Part shown: one piece after another, positions 19,752 to 28,869 of the stretch
Layout of the letters: each line of letters starts with the position of its first letter
How positions within the stretch are numbered: position 1 is the stretch's first letter
NCBI GenBank assembly: GCA_030141605.1
Contig: JAQGDQ010001697.1
Location: 1-28,869 of the forward strand
Direction: 5' to 3'
Source of the DNA: Tubiluchus corallicola
Lineage: Eukaryota > Animalia > Priapulida
Length of the DNA stretch: 28,869 nucleotides
The notes under the pieces: model-generated
What the model was told of the DNA's origin: nothing
The model's database searches: none
Seen by the model: the letters and a program-made list of their open reading frames with translations, nothing else
Translations under genes and position numbers: made by a program

Positions 19752-22700
19752 GTTGTAGACTGAAGTACATAGATGAAAACAGAACTGTTGATTAAAGTGC
19801 ATGAATTGAACTGTATGTTTCTGCACGTAGATGAAAGTGTTTGAATCACTTACTGTAGATTGAAGTACATAGATGAAACAGTAATGTTAATTGAAGTGCG
19901 TGGATGGAACTGTATGTTTCTGCACGTAGATGAAAGTGTTTGAATCACTTACTGTAGATTGCAGTACATAGATGAAACAGTAATGTTAATTGAAGTGCAT
20001 GGATGGAACTGTATGTTTCTGCACGTAGATGAAAGTGTTTGAATCACTTACTGTAGATTGCAGTACATAGATGAAACAGTAATGTTAATTGAAGTGCATG
20101 GATGGAACTGTATGTTTCTGCACGTAGATGAACGTGTTTGAATCACTTACTGTAGATTGAAGTACGTAGATGAAACAGTAATGTTAATTGAAGTGCATGG
20201 ATGGAACTGTATGTTTCTGCACGTAGATGAACGTGTTTGAATCACTTACTGTAGATTGAAGTACGTAGATGAAACAGTAATGTTAATTGAAGTGCATGAA
20301 TTGAACTGTATGTTTCTGCACGTAGATGAAAGTGTTTGAATCACTTACTGTAGATTGAAGTACATAGATGAAACAGTAATGTTAATTGAAGTGCGTGGAT
20401 GGAACTGTATGTTTCTGCACGTAGATGAAAGTGTTTGAATCACTTACTGTAGACTGAAGTACATAGATGAAACAGTAATGTTAATTGAAGTGCATGGATG
20501 GAACTGTATGTTTCTGCACGTAGATGAACGTGTTTGAATCACTTACTGTATATTGAAGTACATAGATGAAACAGTAATGTTAATTGAAGTGCATGGATGG
20601 AACTGTATGTTTCTGCACGTAGATGAAAGTGTTTGAATCACTTACTGTAGATTACAGTACATAGATGAAACAGTAATGTTAATTAAGTGCATGGATGGAA
20701 CTGTATGTTTCTGCACGTAGATGAACGTGTTTGAATCACTTACTGTAGATTGAAGTACGTAGATGAAACATTAATGTTAATTGAAGTGCGTGGATGGAAC
20801 TGTATGTTTCTGCACGTAGATGAAAGTGTTTGAATCGCTTACTGTAGATTGAAGTACGTAGATGAAACAGTAATGTTAATTGAAGTGCATGGATGGGACT
20901 GTATGTTTCTGCACGTAGATGAACGTGTTTGAATCACTTACTGTAGATTGAAGTACGTAGATGAAACAGTAATATTAATTGAAGTGCATGGATGGAACTG
21001 TATGTTTCTGCACGTAGATGAAAGTGTTTGAATCACTTACTGTAGATTGAAGTACATAGATGAAACAGTTATGTTGATTAAAGTGCATGAATTGAACTGT
21101 ATGTTTCTGCACGTAGATGAAAGTGTTTGAATCACTTACTGTAGATTGAAGTACATAGATGAAACAGTAATGTTAATTGAAGTGCATGGATGGAACTGTA
21201 TGTTTCTGCACGTAGATGAACGTGTTTGAATCACTTACTGTAGACTGAAGTACATAGATGAAACAGTAATGTTAATTGAAGTGCATGGATGGAACTGTAT
21301 GTTTCTGCACGTAGATGAACGTGTTTGAATCACTTACTGTAGATTGAAGTACGTAGATGAAACAGTAATGTTAATTGAAGTGCATGGATGGAACTGTATG
21401 TTTCTGCACGTAGATGAAAGTGTTTGAATCACTTACTGTAGATTGAAGTACATAGATGAAACACGTAGATGAAGTGTTTGAATCACTTACTGTAGACTGA
21501 AGTACATAGATGAAACAGTAATGTTAATTAAAGTGCATGGATGGAACTGTATGTTTCTGCACGTAGATGAAAGTGTTTGAATACTACTGTAATTGAAGTA
21601 CATAGTGAAACAGTAATGTTAATTAAAGTGCATGGATGGAACTGTATGTTTCTGCACGTAGATGAAAGTGTTTGAATTACTCACTGTAGATTGAAGTACA
21701 TAGATGAAACAGTAATGTTAATTGAAGTGCATGGATGGAACTGTATGTTTCTGCACGTAGATGAAAGTGTTTGAATCACTTACTGTAGATTGAAGTACAT
21801 AGATGAAACAGTAATGTTAATTGAAGTGCATGGATGGAACTGTATGTTTCTGCACGTAGATGAAAGTGTTTGAATCACTTACTGTAGATTGAAGTACATA
21901 GATGAAACAGTAATGTTAATTGAAGTGCATGGATGGAACTGTATGTTTCTGCACGTAGATGAACGTGTTTGAATCACTTACTGTAGATTGAAGTACGTAG
22001 ATGAAACAGTAATGTTAATTGAAGTGCATGGATGGAACTGTATGTTTCTGCACGTAGATGAAAGTGTTTGAATCACTTACTGTAGATTGAAGCACGTAGA
22101 TGAAACAGTAATGTTAATTGAAGTGCATGGATGGAACTGTATGTTTCTGCACGTAGATGAACGTGTTTGGATCACTCACTGTAGATTGAAGTACATAGAT
22201 GAAACAGTAATGTTAATTAAAGTGCATGGATGGAACTGTATGTTTCTGCACGTAGATGAAAGTGTTTGAATCACTTACTGTAGATTGAAGTACATAGATG
22301 AAACAGTAATGTTAATTGAAGTGCATGGATGGAACTGTATGTTTCTGCACGTAGATGAAAGTGTTTGAATCACTTACTGTAGATTGAAGTACATAGATGA
22401 AACAGTAATGTTAATTGAAGTGCATGGATGGAACTGTATGTTTCTGCACGTAGATGAAAGTGTTTGAATCACTTACTGTAGATTGCAGTACATAGATGAA
22501 ACAGTAATGTTAATTGAAGTGCATGGATGGAACTGTATGTTTCTGCACGTAGATGAACGTGTTTGAATCACTTACTGTAGATTGAAGTACGTAGATGAAA
22601 CAGTAATGTTAATTGAAGTGCATGGATGGAACTGTATGTTTCTGCACGTAGATGAACGTGTTTGAATCACTTACTGTAGATTGAAGTACGTAGATGAAAC

Positions 22701-25700
22701 AGTAATGTTAATTGAAGTGCATGGATGGAACTGTATGTTTCTGCACGTAGATGAAAGTGTTTGAATCACTTACTGTAGATTGAAGTACATAGATGAAACA
22801 GTAATGTTAATTGAAGTGCATGGATGGAACTGTATGTTTCTGCACGTAGATGAAAGTGTTTGAATCACTTACTGTAGACTGAAGTACATAGATGAAACAG
22901 TAATGTTAATTGAAGTGCATGGATGGAACTGTATGTTTCTGCACGTAGATGAACGTGTTTGAATCACTTACTGTAGATTGAAGTACATAGATGAAACAGT
23001 AATGTTAATTGAAGTGCATGGATGGAACTGTATGTTTCTGCACGTAGATGAAAGTGTTTGAATCACTTACTGTAGATTGCAGTACATAGATGAAACAGTA
23101 ATGTTAATTAAGTGCATGGATGGAACTGTATGTTTCTGCACGTAGATGAACGTGTTTGAATCACTTACTGTAGATTGAAGTACGTAGATGAAACAGTAAT
23201 GTTAATTGAAGTGCATGGATGGAACTGTATGTTTCTGCACGTAGATGAACGTGTTTGAATCACTTACTGTAGATTGAAGTACATAGATGAAACAGTAATG
23301 TTAATTGAAGTGCATGGATGGAACTGTATGTTTCTGCACGTAGATGAACGTGTTTGAATCACTTACTGTAGATTGAAGTACGTAGATGAAACAGTAATGT
23401 TAATTGAAGTGCATGGATGGAACTGTATGTTTCTGCACGTAGATGAAAGTGTTTGAATCACTTACTGTAGATTGAAGTACATAGATGAAACAGTAATGTT
23501 AATTGAAGTGCATGGATGGAACTGTATGTTTCTGCACGTAGATGAAAGTGTTTGAATCACTTACTGTAGATTGAAGTACATAGATGAAACAGTAATGTTA
23601 ATTGAAGTGCATGGATGGAACTGTATGTTTCTGCACGTAGATGAACGTGTTTGAATCACTTACTGTAGATTGAAGTACATAGATGAAACAGTAATGTTAA
23701 TTGAAGTGCATGGATGGAACTGTATGTTTCTGCACGTAGATGAACGTGTTTGAATCACTTACTGTAGATTGAAGTACGTAGATGAAACAGTAATGTTAAT
23801 TGAAGTGCATGGATGGAACTGTATGTTTCTGCACGTAGATGAAAGTGTTTGAATCACTTACTGTAGATTGAAGTACATAGATGAAGTACATAGATGAAAC
23901 AGTAATGTTAATTAAGTGCATGGATGGAACTGTATGTTTCTGCACGTAGATGAAGTGTTTGCAATGAAACAGTAATGTTAATTAAGTGCATGGATGGAAC
24001 TGTATGTTTCTGCACGTAGATGAAAGTGTTTGAATCACTTACTGTAGATTGAAGTACATAGATGAAACAGTAATGTTAATTGAAGTGCATGGATGGAACT
24101 GTATGTTTCTGCACGTAGATGAAAGTGTTTGAATCACTTACTGTAGATTGAAGCACGTAGATGAAACAGTAATGTTAATTGAAGTGCATGGATGGAACTG
24201 TATGTTTCTGCACGTAGATGAAAGTGTTTGAATCACTTACTGTAGATTGAAGTACATAGATGAAACAGTAATGTTAATTGAAGTGCATGGATGGAACTGT
24301 ATGTTTCTGCACGTAGAAGAACGTGTTTGAATCACTCACTGTAGATTGAAGTACGTAGATGAAACAGTAATGTTAATTGAAGTGCATGGATGGAGCTGTA
24401 TGTTTCTGCACGTAGATGAAAGTGTTTGAATCACTTACTGTAGATTGAAGCACGTAGATGAAACAGTAATGTTAATTGAAGTGCATGGATGGAACTGTAT
24501 GTTTCTGCACGTAGATGAACGTGTTTGAATCACTTACTGTAGACTGAAGTACATAGGTGAAACAGTAATGTTAATTGAAGTGCATGGATGGAACTGTATG
24601 TTTCTGCACGTAGATGAACGTGTTTGAATCACTTACTGTAGATTGAAGTACATAGATGAAACAGTAATGTTAATTGAAGTGCATGGATGGAACTGTATGT
24701 TTCTGCACGTAGATGAAAGTGTTTGAATCACTTACTGTAGATTGAAGTACATAGATGAAACAGTAATGTTAATTGAAGTGCATGGATGGAACTGTATGTT
24801 TCTGCACGTAGATGAAAGTGTTTGAATCACTTACTGTAGATTGCAGTACATAGATGAAACAGTAATGTTAATTGAAGTGCATGGATGGAACTGTATGTTT
24901 CTGCACGTAGATGAACGTGTTTGAATCACTTACTGTAGATTGAAGTACGTAGAAGGAACAGTAATGTTAGTTGAAGTGCATGGATGGAACTGTATGTTTC
25001 TGCACGTAGATGAACGTGTTTGAATCACTTACTGTAGATTGAAGTACGTAGATGAAACAGTAATATTAATTGAAGTGCATGGATGGAACTGTATGTTTCT
25101 GCACGTAGATGAAAGAGTTTGAATCACTTACTGTATATTGAAGTACATAGATGAAACATTAATGTTAATTGAAGTGCATGGATGGAACTGTGTGTTTCTG
25201 CACGTAGATGAAAGTGTTTGAATCACTTACTGTAGACTGAAGTACATAGGTGAAACAGTAATGTTAATTGAAGTGCATGGATGGAACTGTATGTTTCTGC
25301 ACGTAGATGAACGTGTTTGAATCACTTACTGTATATTGAAGTACATAGATGAAACAGTAATGTTAATTGAAGTGCATGGATGGAACTGTATGTTTCTGCA
25401 CGTAGATGAAAGTGTTTGAATCACTTACTGTAGATTACAGTACATACTGAAACAGTAATGTTAATTAAGTGCATGGATGGAACTGTATGTTTCTGCACGT
25501 AGATGAACGTGTTTGAATCACTTACTGTAGATTGAAGTACGTAGATGAAACAGTAATGTTAATTGAAGTGCATGGATGGAACTGTATGTTTCTGCACGTA
25601 GATGAAAGTGTTTGAATCACTTACTGTAGATTGAAGTACATAGATGAAACAGTAATGTTAATTGAAGTGCATGGATGGAACTGTATGTTTCTGCACGTAG

Positions 25701-27806
25701 ATGAAAGTGTTTGAATCACTTACTGTAGATTGCAGTACATAGATGAAACAGTAATGTTAATTGAAGTGCATGGATGGAACTGTATGTTTCTGCACGTAGA
25801 TGAACGTGTTTGAATCACTTACTGTAGATTGAAGTACATAGATGAAACAGTAATGTTAATTGAAGTGCATGGATGGAACTGTATGTTTCTGCACGTAGAT
25901 GAACGTGTTTGAATCACTTACTGTAGATTGAAGTACATAGATGAAACAGTAATGTTAATTGAAGTGCATGGATGGAACTGTATGTTTCTGCACGTAGATG
26001 AAAGTGTTTGAATCACTTACTGTAGATTGAAGTACATAGATGAAACAGTAATGTTAATTGAAGTGCATGGATGGAACTGTATGTTTCTGCACGTAGATGG
26101 TGTTTGAATCACTTACTGTAGATTGAAGTACGTAGATGACATTAATGTTATTGAAGTGCATGGATGGAACTGTATGTTTCTGCACGTAGATGAAAGTGTT
26201 TGAATCACTTACTGTAGATTGAAGTACATAGATGAAACAGTAATGTTAATTGAAGTGCATGGATGGAACTGTATGTTTCTGCACGTAGATGAAAGTGTTT
26301 GAATCACTTACTGTAGATTGAAGTACATAGATGAAACAGTAATGTTAATTGAAGTGCATGGATGGAACTGTATGTTTCTGCACGTAGATGAACGTGTTTG
26401 AATCACTTACTGTAGATTGAAGTACGTAGATGAAACAGTAATGTTAATTGAAGTGCATGGATGGAACTGTATGTTTCTGCACGTAGATGAACGTGTTTGA
26501 ATCACTTACTGTAGATTGAAGTACGTAGATGAAACAGTAATGTTAATTGAAGTGCATGGATGGAACTGTATGTTTCTGCACGTAGATGAACGTGTTTGAA
26601 TCACTTACTGTAGATTGAAGTACGTAGATGAAACAGTAATATTAATTGAAGTGCATGGATGGAACTGTATGTTTCTGCACGTAGATGAAAGTGTTTGAAT
26701 CACTTACTGTAGATTGAAGTACATAGATGAAACAGTTATGTTGATTAAAGTGCATGAATTGAACTGTATGTTTCTGCACGTAGATGAACGTGTTTGAATC
26801 ACTTACTGTAGATTGAAGTACGTAGATGAAACAGTAATGTTAATTGAAGTGCATGGATGGAACTGTATGTTTCTGCACGTAGATGAACGTGTTTGAATCA
26901 CTTACTGTAGATTGAAGTACGTAGATGAAACAGTAATGTTAATTGAAGTGCATGGATGGGACTGTATGTTTCTGCACGTAGATGAACGTGTTTGAATCAC
27001 TTACTGTAGATTGAAGTACGTAGATGAAACAGTAATATTAATTGAAGTGCATGGATGGAACTGTATGTTTCTGCACGTAGATGAAAGTGTTTGAATCACT
27101 TACTGTAGATTGAAGTACATAGATGAAACAGTTATGTTGATTAAAGTGCATGAATTGAACTGTACGTTTCTGCTCGTAGATGAAAGTGTTTGAATCACTT
27201 ACTGTAGACTGAAGTACATAGATGAAACAGTAATGTTAATTAAAGTGCATGGATGGAACTGTATGTTTCTGCACGTAGATGAAAGTGTTTGAATTACTCA
27301 CTGTACATTGAAGTACATAGGTGAAACAGTAATGTTAATTAAAGTGCATGGATGGAACTGTACGTTTCTGCACGTAGATGAAAGTGTTTGAATCACTTAC
27401 TGTAGATTGAAGTACATAGATGAAACAGTAATGTTAATTGAAGTGCATGGATGGAACTGTATGTTTCTGCACGTAGATGAAAGTGTTTGAATCACTTACT
27501 GTAGATTGAAGTACGTAGATGAAACAGTAATGTTAATTGAAGTGCATGGATGGAACTGTATGTTTCTGCACGTAGATGAAAGTGTTTGAATCACTTACTG
27601 TAGATTGAAGTACATAGATGAAACAGTAATGTTAATTGAAGTGCATGGATGGAACTGTATGTTTCATCACGTAGAAGAACGTGTTTGAATCACTCACTGT
27701 AGATTGAAGTACGTAGATGAAACTGTAATGTTAATTGAAGTGCATGGATGGAGCTGTATGTTTCTGCACGTAGATGAAAGTGTTTGAATCACTTACTGTA
27801 GATTGA
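19752..27806. repeat. Tandem satellite, 99-bp unit, about 81 copies, inside gene B intron 1
   Basis: Unit TTGAAGTACATAGATGAAACAGTAATGTTAATTGAAGTGCATGGATGGAACTGTATGTTTCTGCACGTAGATGAAAGTGTTTGAATCACTTACTGTAGA. Period read directly (19861, 19960, 20059). Copies are near-identical. Confidence 0.98.
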
Positions 27807-27944
27807 ATCACGTTGGTTTTTATGCAAGATTGAAGCAGAGCACAACTGTTTTTCTGGAAATTTGATTATTATGCTGCATGAAACAAATTTCTCAAGACAC
27901 AAATACAAAAGAAATATGATACCAAAACTCTTTTACTCTTCTAG

Positions 27945-28643
27945 AAAATCCACTTGAGTGTAATTGTTCGATGAGATGGACAAAAGCGGAGAATTGGCAT
28001 GATTCTTATATCGAATGTGGAGTTCCAGCTAGAGAATGGTATCTTGCAGATTTTGATAATGCATGTGGTGCAAGTACTGTACACCCACCCTTACCAACCA
28101 CCACACCGCCTCCACCGCATTCAAATCAGTGCGGTAAAAGAATTAAATGGAATCTGTGCCAAATCGTGAGCAAAACACCTTGCAGACTAATATGTGGCAA
28201 AACATTTGGCCCCCGTTATTCTAACATGTGGTTCCTGCAAATGACTCTACCTGATTATGTGGAGTTCATGGAGCTTAGATACTACGAAGACACATACTTC
28301 CCCCGCAAATTCTTCAAGAAGAAGACATTTGGAGTGCTGCAGATAAGCAACTCAAACTTAGTAAATCTGTATGCCTCATTTACGCATGCCAACGTTTTGA
28401 GATCTGTATGGATAGTTAATAATCCCCACTTAACGTACATTGCTCCAAAAGCATTTCGTAGAATGGTTGATGTTAGAAGTATTCAAATTGTTGGTGCAGA
28501 AAGCCTGAAAACTGCCAACTTGGACCTAAGTTATAATCAGAGGATTGCAACTGTGGTTGTGTCTGAAACAGGATTAGTGCAAATGGACATGCCAGTCTTA
28601 CATAATCAAAGATTGCCAAATGATGTAATAATATCGCTAACAG
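27945..28643 (+). CDS. Gene B coding exon 2: LRRCT, Pro/Thr linker, second Cys cap and LRR module (gene continues past the window)
   Basis: Acceptor ttttactcttctAG ending at 27944. The phase-1 join rebuilds YIGENPLECNCSMRW (canonical LRRCT NPxxCxCxxxW). Donor GTAAAT at 28644, phase 1. Confidence 0.9.
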
Positions 28644-28869
28644 GTAAATAAACTCTTTTGGCTTTCCTATCGTGTGCTGTACGTTACTGTTTATCTATTT
28701 CGTGGAACAGAGATGGGTCAGAAAAAAGTGCTCACGCGTACAAAGGGATATATCTAACAACGTATCTGAATCATTTCCTGTGGGATATGGTACACCGTTT
28801 TGCTGTTTAATGTTTGCCCTCACAAAGAGCATCCCTTTCAAACCATTCCACAATCAAAACAATCTCGTT

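Noticed and set aside
22087-22269. Satellite as a 33-aa repeat protein with TGA read as Sec or Trp (one TGA per unit, TGG in one copy)
   Set aside because: One stop in the best of six 33-codon frames is unremarkable, and an antisense frame also has only one. Indels break the frame repeatedly, exon 1 read-through stops at 19739, and the flanking exons splice perfectly around the array.
19752-27806. CRISPR array
   Set aside because: Units are near-identical along their whole length with no unique spacers, there are no cas genes, and the context is a eukaryotic intron.

Overview
AT-rich eukaryotic (invertebrate metazoan-type) genomic DNA with GT-AG introns, not a prokaryotic locus. I assembled two + strand genes by hand. 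(1) A complete 7-coding-exon gene (2212..9912, 909 nt, 302 aa) for a secreted, divergent pentraxin/LamG-fold protein that appears to lack the Ca-binding LGQEQD loop and ends in a Pro/Arg-rich tail. (2) The first two coding exons (19046..19691, 27945..28643) of a signal-peptide-bearing LRR protein built from duplicated Cys-cap/LRR/LRRCT modules; it runs off the right edge. Its first intron is almost entirely an ~8 kb, 99-bp-unit satellite with a ~2.4 kb higher-order period. Introns and intergenic DNA hold transposon relics: three copies of a TTAA/AGG-ended (Kolobok-like) element, two Penelope-like remnants with hammerhead-ribozyme cores, RTE LINE fragments, and a probable solo LTR with heat-shock elements, plus many micro/minisatellites. 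Most ORF-track entries are repeat or low-complexity artefacts. All family assignments come from motif recognition by eye, with no database search.
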